Shown in pieces: positions 9,017-16,832 of a stretch of DNA of 64,000 bases. The translations under genes and the position numbers were made by a program. The DNA comes from an uncultured Bacillota bacterium (GTDB lineage Bacteria > Bacillota_I > Bacilli_A > RF39 > UBA660): positions 4,044 to 68,043 of the forward strand of contig CAJMGO010000004.1 of the NCBI GenBank assembly GCA_905212975.1, read 5' to 3'. Each line of letters starts with the position of its first letter. The first letter of the stretch is position 1. The notes beneath the pieces were generated by a model. It did not search any database and had not been told where the DNA came from. It saw nothing but the letters and a program-made list of their open reading frames with translations.

Positions 9017-10739
9017 TATGAAATTTATACATTTATTATATGTCCCAACTATGGCATGTAATATGAATTGTAAATATTGTTATTTGGAAGATAATACAAA
9101 AGATGAAATGAAACAATATAAAGCAATTGATACATTAAAATATGCAATAAATAAATTTAAAAATAATAATGTGATGCCATTTAATATTTCACTCCATGGA
9201 GGAGAAGTAACAACTCTAAGTAAAGAAGATTTTCATGATATTATAGAGTATATAAGTAACTATTATAAGGAAAATAAAAATTTAATAGAAGAAAATGGTT
9301 TTAGAGTTGGTACCCCACATATAAAAACAAACTTATATAATTTAGAAAAACATATAGATACAATAAAAGAATTTAATGTATCTATTAGTGGTAGTTTGGA
9401 TTTACCTTTTTCTTTACATGATGAATATAGAATTACAAAAGGTAATAATAAAACATTAGATAAAATCTTAAAAAATATTGAATTATTAAATAAATTAGAA
9501 AATAAGAAAAAGGTATCTGCTACTATATTTAAAGAACACTATAATAGAATCGATGAAATAATAGAAAATATAGAGTATTTAAATAAAAATACATGTTTAG
9601 ATATGAATGATTTTAATTTCATGATAGGATTTGATTATAATTCTAACGGGTTATTAACTCCACTTACAGAAGAAGAACAAGTAGATTTCTTTAATAAAAT
9701 GCATGAACACTTTGATAATACAGATTTAGATTCAGGTGTTAATGGGGCATGGTTTAATGAATTTGGACCAGATTATTGTACTAATTGTGATAATTGTGGA
9801 GAAAAATTCTTTTTACTTGAAAAAAATGGAGATATTTATTCTTGCGTAAGAGGTCAAAAACATAAAGAATTTTATTATGGAAATATTTACAATAATACGA
9901 TAGAAGAAATACTAAATAATGCTTATGAAAAAATTATGAAAGCACATAATATGCAAAAGATGAGTGAAGAATGTAAAAATTGTGAGTATTTATATATATG
10001 TAAAACAGGGTGCCCATTTGTTAAAAATATTTATAATTCTAATAAGTCTTATACTTGCAAACTACAAAAAGAATTATATAAAAAAAGAAATTATGAACCA
10101 ATTAATGATAAGTCTATAATGTATGATTATATGTGTAAGATGCATCCTGATATAGCAGATGAATTTATAGTTAAAAATAATAATGAACATAAAAATTTAG
10201 AAGATTTAATAAAGGAAGATATACATTTAAAATATATATATGATCCAAACTCATTTATCTTAAGTATTGATGGAAATGAATATAATTTAGAGTCACAAAT
10301 ATTAAAAAAATCAAGGGAAATAGTATATATAACTAATAAAAGTAAAGTTGTTTTATATATAAGAAAAAATATAATAAATGAAGAATGTGAATATCCAGAG
10401 AACAATTCTGTTTGGATTATGCTATTAAGTGGAGATACAGTACAATATGGTGATGAAAAAAGAGTGAAACAAAGACATATAATGACACATCAGATATATA
10501 AAGGTGTACTTAATCAAATAAAATGTAATAAAGATGATTTTTATTGCTATGATATTACAAATTTATTAAAAGAATATAGTATATATCTATCAAATACTAA
10601 TCCAAATAATATATTTTTTACAACAGCATCACTTAGGGATTATCATTATTTAAAACAAAAAAATAATGCATATTACCATATAGAAGCAATAAATTTACCT
10701 TTTCAAAATATAGAGTTTAATTATTTAGAATGGAAGTGA
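9009..10739 (+). CDS. Radical SAM enzyme with SPASM-type auxiliary-cluster domain and ~220-aa unassigned C-terminal extension
   Basis: CNMNCKYC (CX3CX2C, nt 9057-9080), SLHGGEVT, then Cys-rich DYCTNCDNCGEKFF..GDIYSC.. and CKNCEYLYICKTGCPF. The start ATG overlaps the upstream stop (ATGAGTAA). The ORF-track start at 8961 is probably too far upstream. Confidence 0.85.
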   Translation: MSNMKFIHLLYVPTMACNMNCKYCYLEDNTKDEMKQYKAIDTLKYAINKFKNNNVMPFNISLHGGEVTTLSKEDFHDIIEYISNYYKENKNLIEENGFRVGTPHIKTNLYNLEKHIDTIKEFNVSISGSLDLPFSLHDEYRITKGNNKTLDKILKNIELLNKLENKKKVSATIFKEHYNRIDEIIENIEYLNKNTCLDMNDFNFMIGFDYNSNGLLTPLTEEEQVDFFNKMHEHFDNTDLDSGVNGAWFNEFGPDYCTNCDNCGEKFFLLEKNGDIYSCVRGQKHKEFYYGNIYNNTIEEILNNAYEKIMKAHNMQKMSEECKNCEYLYICKTGCPFVKNIYNSNKSYTCKLQKELYKKRNYEPINDKSIMYDYMCKMHPDIADEFIVKNNNEHKNLEDLIKEDIHLKYIYDPNSFILSIDGNEYNLESQILKKSREIVYITNKSKVVLYIRKNIINEECEYPENNSVWIMLLSGDTVQYGDEKRVKQRHIMTHQIYKGVLNQIKCNKDDFYCYDITNLLKEYSIYLSNTNPNNIFFTTASLRDYHYLKQKNNAYYHIEAINLPFQNIEFNYLEWK

Positions 10740-10743
10740 AAGT

Positions 10744-11106
10744 ATGTTTAAAGAACCAGAAACATATAATGATTTAATTAGAACAAAAAGGTGTTCTGAT
10801 TTAGCAAAATATTTTGATATACCTAAAGAAATACTAGAAGAAATATGGAATTTTTTATCTCAAAATCCAAAAAATAACGTATATGCATCAAGCAATAAAA
10901 TTAATTTATATACTAATAATAATTTGATAAAGGTTGAAACTTTACCAACTTCTTGTTCAAGTGTAAGTGGTATAAAAATATCAGATAAAGAATTTAAAAT
11001 ATATCCAATTTATACACCAAGTTCATCTAGAAATTATTATACATCAAGTGGCCGTTCTTCTAATAACAATAATAACAACAACAATAATAATAACAATAAT
11101 AACTAG
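10744..11106 (+). CDS. Hypothetical 120-aa protein with Ser/Cys-rich C-terminal region ending in a 14-Asn run
   Basis: Starts 4 nt after the rSAM stop. No signal peptide or TM. Tail ..TSCSSVSG..TPSSSRNYYTSSGRSS(N)14 is encoded by mixed AAT/AAC codons at 11062-11103. Confidence 0.5.
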   Translation: MFKEPETYNDLIRTKRCSDLAKYFDIPKEILEEIWNFLSQNPKNNVYASSNKINLYTNNNLIKVETLPTSCSSVSGIKISDKEFKIYPIYTPSSSRNYYTSSGRSSNNNNNNNNNNNNNN

Positions 11107-11108
11107 AC

Positions 11109-12125
11109 ATGATAAGAGTTTATGATAAAGCTCATTATAATAGATTAAATGAGTATAATGTAAAAATTAAAACTACATATAAAGATGATAAGTCATTACA
11201 TGTAGTGGATGATAATACAAAAAATGATATTGTTGATGGTATTAGATTAGAAAAAGAATATTATAAAGATAATAAATTAGTTTATAAAATAAAAGATTTT
11301 GATCCAAGAATTAAATATACATTTGTAACTAATAATGAAGATGATAAAATAATTAAATGCCCAAATTGTGGTATGAGTGATATTGGTAAAAATTTTAAAG
11401 AAGGATGTCCTTATTGTGGTACATATTATAATGTTGATTATGAAAATAAAAGTTTAGGCGCTAAATATCATTATGATAGAGCTATTAAAGAAAGCAAATA
11501 TTTATTTATAACTTTTGTTGTTGATTTAATTATGAGTTTTTTAATAATGTTTTGCTATATAAAAATAACAGGAAGAACTTTTAATGTTTATGATATATCA
11601 AAAATATTTATTTATACAATAATACTTGCTGCAGCTCTTTTTTATGTATTTTATATGCTAAATGCGTTTATTATAACTTTACCTGTAAAAATATATAAAG
11701 ATAAAATTAATAAACGTCAAATAGAGTTTTGGAACAGAATGAAAGATATAAATAAAAATACATTTTATAATAATCTTAATTATGAATTACAAAACTATTT
11801 TTATAAAGATATTCCAAATATAATTGATTATGATATTATTGATTATATAGAATTTAAGGAACAATATGATGAAAAGCATAATTTATATATATGTGTTAAA
11901 TTGAAATTGAGAATTGTAAAAATAGAAAATAATAAAATAATGTCTTATGAAGAGGTAAAGAATATTAAATTAGAAAAAAATGATGTAAAAATAGAACAAT
12001 TAAATAGTGGAATTAATGTAATAAAATGTAGAGGTTGTGGAGCATCAATCGATGTAACACAAAATGAATGTGAATATTGCGGTGTAAAGACAAATTATTT
12101 ACAAGAATGGTATCTAATAAAGTAA
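11109..12125 (+). CDS. Double zinc-ribbon membrane protein with Tim44-like-looking C-terminal domain
   Basis: CPNCG..CPYCG ribbon, two TM segments (YLFITFVVDLIMSFLIMFCYI; IFIYTIILAAALFYVFYMLNAFII), C-terminal CRGCGA..CEYCG..EWYLIK. Starts 2 nt after the upstream stop, with no SD. Confidence 0.6.
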   Translation: MIRVYDKAHYNRLNEYNVKIKTTYKDDKSLHVVDDNTKNDIVDGIRLEKEYYKDNKLVYKIKDFDPRIKYTFVTNNEDDKIIKCPNCGMSDIGKNFKEGCPYCGTYYNVDYENKSLGAKYHYDRAIKESKYLFITFVVDLIMSFLIMFCYIKITGRTFNVYDISKIFIYTIILAAALFYVFYMLNAFIITLPVKIYKDKINKRQIEFWNRMKDINKNTFYNNLNYELQNYFYKDIPNIIDYDIIDYIEFKEQYDEKHNLYICVKLKLRIVKIENNKIMSYEEVKNIKLEKNDVKIEQLNSGINVIKCRGCGASIDVTQNECEYCGVKTNYLQEWYLIK

Positions 12126-12164
12126 ATAAAAATCTTTGATATACTAAAGAAATAAAAAAAGAAG

Positions 12165-12191
12165 AAAGTACAAAATTATTGTACTTTTTTT
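12165..12191 (+). terminator. Rho-independent terminator closing the four-gene operon
   Basis: Stem AAAGTACAA / TTGTACTTT (12165-12173 / 12179-12187) followed by a T-run. Confidence 0.7.
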
Positions 12192-12249
12192 GTTAATTAT
12201 TAGAAAATATATATTAAATATTTATCATATATTTTAATAGGTGATATAA

Positions 12250-14154
12250 ATGTTTTTTAAAAATATACATTCAAGAATTAGAGTGGTACTTTTATTAATC
12301 ATAATGCTATTTTTATGTGTTATTATTAAGGTATTCTATATACAAGTTATAAGTTATAAAAAACTTTCTAATTTAGCTTATGATCTTTGGAATAGAAATC
12401 TTCCTATAGAAGCAGATAGAGGAAAAATATATGATAGAAATGGTGTTGTACTAGCTGATAACAAAACTACAGTTTCTCTTGTAATAATTCCAAATCAAGT
12501 AAAAGATAAAAAAGAAGTATCTGAAAAATTATCAGAAATATTAAATGTTAGTTATGATGAAATTTATGAACATGTAAGTAAAAAAACTTCTATCGAAAGA
12601 ATTCATCCGGAAGGAAGAAGATTATCTTTTTCTATAGCAGATAAAATAGATTCACTAAATTTAGATGGGGTATATCTCTTAAAGGAATCAGCTCGTACAT
12701 ATCCATATGATAAATTATTATCTCATGTACTTGGATATGTGGGAATAGATAATCAAGGACTTAGTGGTTTGGAACTTATGTATGAAGATTATTTAACAGG
12801 TAAGTATGGATCAATAAAATATGTATCTGATGCTAAGGGAAATAGAATGGAATTATCAGAAACATATGTAGAACCACAAGATGGTATGAATATAAATTTG
12901 ACAATAAATTTTGAAATACAGCAAGCATTAGAAAGAGAATTAGATAATGCAGTAAGTAGATACAATCCTGATCAAGCAATTGGTATAGTAATGAATCCAA
13001 ATACTGGAGAAATTTTAGCTATGTCATCTCGACCAAATTTTTCTCCAACTAATTATAAGGATTACTCAAAAGAAGAAATAAATAGAAATTTACCAATATG
13101 GGCAACATATGAACCAGGTTCAACTTTCAAAATAATAACACTCGCAACAGCACTAGAAGAAAAACTAATAGATTTAGATAAAGATACCTTTACAGATACA
13201 GGAAGTGTTAATGTAGCTGGTGCCAGAATAAAATGTTGGAAACATGGAGGTCATGGTACACAAACTTTATTGCAAGTTGTAGAGAATTCTTGCAATCCAG
13301 GTTTTGTATATATTGGACAAAAAATAGGAAAAGAGACTTTATTTAAGTATATTAAAAACTTTGGTTTTGGAAGTAAAACTGGTATTGATTTAAATGGAGA
13401 AAGTAAAGGAATTTTATTTAAAGAAGAAAATGTAGGACCTGTCGAACTTGCAACAACATCATTTGGTCAAGGAGTAAGTGTTACTCCAATGCAACAAGTA
13501 GTAGCTGTATCTGCAGCAATTAACGGTGGATATATTTATCAGCCTTATATAGTTAAAAGCATAAATGAACCTGAAACTAATTCAGTAATACTTGAAAATA
13601 AATCTAAAGTATTAAGAAAAGTAATAAGTGAAGAAACTAGTGAAAAAGTTAGATATGCACTTGAAAGTGTCGCAACGAATGGGTCTGGAAGAAATGCTTT
13701 TATAGAGGGATATAGAGTAGGTGGTAAGACAGGTACAGCACAAAAAGCAGTAAATGGATCTTATTTAGTAGGAAATTATATTACTTCATTCATTGGCTTT
13801 TTACCTGCCAATGATCCTAAAGTTGTAGTTTATGTAGCAATAGATAATGCTAAAGGTGTAACACAATATGGTGGTACTGTTGCAGCCCCTATAGCGCGTA
13901 ATTTAATGGTAAGTATTATAGATATATTAAATATAGAAAAACCAAGTGGTGGAAGTAGCAAAAAATATAATTGGTATGATAAGAAATATGCAACTGTAAA
14001 TGATGTAACAGGATTAAGTTTAAGTGATGCATTAAATTCTTTAAAACAATTTAAAGTTGAATATAAGGGGAATGGTGATACTGTTATCCATCAATCTCCA
14101 AAAGGTGGAGAATCAATATATGAAGGTGAAACAGTAATGCTTTATTTAAATTAG
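12250..14154 (+). CDS. Class B penicillin-binding protein (SpoVD/PBP2B-type transpeptidase) with C-terminal PASTA domain
   Basis: N-terminal TM, dimerisation region, STFK, SCN and KTGT motifs, single PASTA-like C-terminus. Sits upstream of mraY. Confidence 0.9.
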   Translation: MFFKNIHSRIRVVLLLIIMLFLCVIIKVFYIQVISYKKLSNLAYDLWNRNLPIEADRGKIYDRNGVVLADNKTTVSLVIIPNQVKDKKEVSEKLSEILNVSYDEIYEHVSKKTSIERIHPEGRRLSFSIADKIDSLNLDGVYLLKESARTYPYDKLLSHVLGYVGIDNQGLSGLELMYEDYLTGKYGSIKYVSDAKGNRMELSETYVEPQDGMNINLTINFEIQQALERELDNAVSRYNPDQAIGIVMNPNTGEILAMSSRPNFSPTNYKDYSKEEINRNLPIWATYEPGSTFKIITLATALEEKLIDLDKDTFTDTGSVNVAGARIKCWKHGGHGTQTLLQVVENSCNPGFVYIGQKIGKETLFKYIKNFGFGSKTGIDLNGESKGILFKEENVGPVELATTSFGQGVSVTPMQQVVAVSAAINGGYIYQPYIVKSINEPETNSVILENKSKVLRKVISEETSEKVRYALESVATNGSGRNAFIEGYRVGGKTGTAQKAVNGSYLVGNYITSFIGFLPANDPKVVVYVAIDNAKGVTQYGGTVAAPIARNLMVSIIDILNIEKPSGGSSKKYNWYDKKYATVNDVTGLSLSDALNSLKQFKVEYKGNGDTVIHQSPKGGESIYEGETVMLYLN

Positions 14155-14182
14155 AATAGTTTTAATATTCTAATTTTTTTTT
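14151..14182 (+). terminator. Hairpin plus T-run between the PBP gene and mraY
   Basis: Stem TTAGAATA / TATTCTAA (14151-14158 / 14166-14173) followed by T9. AT-only stem, so it may act as an attenuator rather than a full stop. Confidence 0.55.
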
Positions 14183-14208
14183 ACATATTATTTATTAGGT
14201 GATGTAAT

Positions 14209-15201
14209 ATGTTAATACTTACGAAGTCAGTTTTAATTTTAGTAATTAGTTTTATTTTATCAGTACTTATAGGACTTGTCTTAATTCCTATATTAAGAAA
14301 ATTTAAAGCAAGTCAATCATTAAGCATTTACCTAGAAGAACGTCATAAAAGTAAAAAAGGTACTCCGACAATGGGTGGATTAATATTTATAATTACACCT
14401 ATTATAGTTATTACCATATTATATTTACTTGGTAAAATAGAATTATCTTTTAATTTTGTCATAATAATTTTTACATTTTTAGCATATTCACTTATTGGTT
14501 TTATAGATGATTATTTAATAATAAAGAGGCATAATAATAAAGGTTTAACAGAAGGACAAAAATTTTTTATGCAAGTAATAGTTGCTGTTATATATTTTTA
14601 TCTATTTATGAAAGCAAATAATGAACCATTACTTTGGATACATGCTTTAAACTTAAAAGCTGATATTGGCTGGTTTTATGGATTATTTATACTATTTGTG
14701 CTTGTAGCTTCATCAAATGCAGTTAATCTAACAGATGGATTAGATGGTCTTGCAGGAGGTCTTTCTTTTATAGCTGTACTAACATTTGCAATTATAACAT
14801 ATTCTACAGGCTGGCTTTATGGATATGAAGAAATTGCCTTATTTTTATTTAGTATAAGTGGAGCAGTACTAGGATTTTTAGTATTTAATTCTAATCCAGC
14901 AAAAGTATTTATGGGTGATACTGGATCACTTTCTCTTGGAGCCTTACTTGGTTCAGTTGCAATTTTAACGAGGCATGAAATACTTCTTATAGTAATAGGC
15001 ATTGTATTTGTTATAGAAACTCTAACTTGTATTATTCAAATTATATATTATAAATTTACTCATAAAAGATTTTTCCCAATGACTCCTATACATCATACAT
15101 TTGAAAAAATAGGATGGGAAGAAAAAGACATTGTAAAATTATTTTGGATAATAGGATTAATAGGATCAACTATTGGAATTATATATGGGGTATGGATATG
15201 A
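14209..15201 (+). CDS. mraY: Phospho-N-acetylmuramoyl-pentapeptide transferase
   Basis: 330 aa polytopic protein. Motifs KKGTPTMGG, DDYLII, NAVNLTDGLDGLA, FMGDTGSLSLG, PIHHTFE. Confidence 0.95.
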   Translation: MLILTKSVLILVISFILSVLIGLVLIPILRKFKASQSLSIYLEERHKSKKGTPTMGGLIFIITPIIVITILYLLGKIELSFNFVIIIFTFLAYSLIGFIDDYLIIKRHNNKGLTEGQKFFMQVIVAVIYFYLFMKANNEPLLWIHALNLKADIGWFYGLFILFVLVASSNAVNLTDGLDGLAGGLSFIAVLTFAIITYSTGWLYGYEEIALFLFSISGAVLGFLVFNSNPAKVFMGDTGSLSLGALLGSVAILTRHEILLIVIGIVFVIETLTCIIQIIYYKFTHKRFFPMTPIHHTFEKIGWEEKDIVKLFWIIGLIGSTIGIIYGVWI

Positions 15202-16283
15202 AAAAGGTTGACTATATTTTAGTTTTATCAGTAATAGCGCTTGCTACTTTTGGAGTTATTATGGTATATTCATCATCATATATATGGGCAGAATATAAAT
15301 TTAATGATCCATTTAAATATGTAAAAAATCAAGGCTTATTTTTAATAGTTGGAATAATATTTATGTTTATAATAAGTAAAATAAATTATAATATATATCA
15401 TAAATATTCAAACAAATTACTTATTCTTACAGTAATACTCTTAATACTTGTTTTAATACCTGGTATTGGAAGTGTTAGAAATGGAAGTCGTAGTTGGTTT
15501 GGAATAGGATCTTTTGGAATACAACCAAGTGAGTTGGCTAAAATATCTTTAATTATTTTTACAGCAAAATATTTAACTTTAAATAGAAAAGAGCTTAGAA
15601 GTATAAAAAGTGGAGTATTACCAATATTTTTAGTATGTTTATTTATATTTGGACTTATAATGCTACAACCAGATTTTGGTACAGGAGTAATAATTGTTAT
15701 GACAATAGTTGGAATGTTATTTGTAGGAGGAGTAAATTTTAATTTTTTTATACGTCTTGGAATACTTGGATTATGTGGTATATCAGGTCTTATCATAGCA
15801 GCTCCTTATAGATTAAAAAGAATACTTTCATTTTTAAATCCATGGAGTGATCCACTCGGTAGTGGATTTCAAATAATACAAAGTTTATATGCTATAGGGC
15901 CTGGAGGATTATTTGGATTTGGTTTTTTAAACTCAAGACAAAAGCATTTTTATCTTCCAGAGCCACAAACAGATTTTATATTTTCTATAATCTCAGAAGA
16001 ATTTGGGTTTATGGGTATAGTTATAGTTTCAACACTTTTTTTAATAATTATAATAAGAGGTATAAATATAGCCATAAAATGTAAAGATTTATTTGGTAAA
16101 TTACTATGTTTTGGAATTATATTTGGGCTTTCATTTCAAACACTATTAAATTTAATGGTAGTAACGGGATTAATTCCTGTTACAGGGGTTACTTTACCAT
16201 TTTTGAGCTATGGAGGTTCTAGTTTACTTATAACATTAGCAAGTATGGGAATTGTTTTAAATATAAGTAGGTATAGTAAATAA
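15198..16283 (+). CDS. ftsW: SEDS-family peptidoglycan polymerase FtsW/SpoVE
   Basis: ATG 15198 overlaps the mraY stop (ATGA). ~10 TM. Motifs FGIQPSELAK, QPDFGT, LPEPQTDFIFS, GVTLPFLSYGGSS. The ORF-track start at 15114 lies inside mraY. Confidence 0.85.
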   Translation: MKKVDYILVLSVIALATFGVIMVYSSSYIWAEYKFNDPFKYVKNQGLFLIVGIIFMFIISKINYNIYHKYSNKLLILTVILLILVLIPGIGSVRNGSRSWFGIGSFGIQPSELAKISLIIFTAKYLTLNRKELRSIKSGVLPIFLVCLFIFGLIMLQPDFGTGVIIVMTIVGMLFVGGVNFNFFIRLGILGLCGISGLIIAAPYRLKRILSFLNPWSDPLGSGFQIIQSLYAIGPGGLFGFGFLNSRQKHFYLPEPQTDFIFSIISEEFGFMGIVIVSTLFLIIIIRGINIAIKCKDLFGKLLCFGIIFGLSFQTLLNLMVVTGLIPVTGVTLPFLSYGGSSLLITLASMGIVLNISRYSK

Positions 16284-16303
16284 TGTTTTAAATTTATAAA
16301 AAT

Positions 16304-16329
16304 AAAGAATATGAGAAGTATTCTTTTTT
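16304..16329 (+). terminator. Rho-independent terminator after ftsW
   Basis: Stem AAAGAATA / TATTCTTT with a 7-nt loop, then a T-run. Confidence 0.65.
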
Positions 16330-16330
16330 A

Positions 16331-16361
16331 TTGACTCTCCATTTGACTGTAATGATATATT
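16331..16361 (+). promoter_or_regulatory. Candidate MerR-type promoter with 19-nt spacer
   Basis: TTGACT (16331-16336), 19-nt spacer, TATATT (16356-16361). Over-long spacers are typical of MerR-regulated promoters. A second TTGACT and two ACTGTAA copies lie nearby. Confidence 0.35.
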
Positions 16362-16445
16362 TTAACTGTAAAGAGGTGAATAATATTTAAATATAAAATT
16401 AATACGTGATATAATTTAATTAGTTAAAATTTAAAAGGAGGTCAT

Positions 16446-16823
16446 ATGTTATATAAAATAGGTGAGTTTTCAAATATGACAGGACTATCTGTGAAAACTT
16501 TAAGGTATTACGATGATATAGATTTATTTAAACCAATTGATGTAGATTTATTTACTGGGTATAGATATTATAGCACTGATCAAATTTATGATTTAGAGCT
16601 AATCAATGTATTAAAAAGTGTTGGATTTTCATTAGAAGAAATAAAAAATAATTGGGATTCTTTTACAGTAGATTTGTTTAATGAAAAAAAAGATGAATTA
16701 TTAAAAGATATAGAAATAAAACAAAAAGCAATAAAAAAAATAGATGAATTAAAAAGTAATTTAAATAATGGTAAAATTAGAAAAAGAAAGGAAAATACAA
16801 AGAAAGTTAAATCTTTGTATTAA
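16446..16823 (+). CDS. MerR-family transcriptional regulator (short, coiled-coil only)
   Basis: N-terminus YKIGEFSNMTGLSVKTLRYYDDIDLFKP..TGYRYY is the MerR HTH/wing. The C-terminal coiled coil has no obvious effector domain. Confidence 0.85.
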   Translation: MLYKIGEFSNMTGLSVKTLRYYDDIDLFKPIDVDLFTGYRYYSTDQIYDLELINVLKSVGFSLEEIKNNWDSFTVDLFNEKKDELLKDIEIKQKAIKKIDELKSNLNNGKIRKRKENTKKVKSLY

Positions 16824-16832
16824 GGTGATAAA

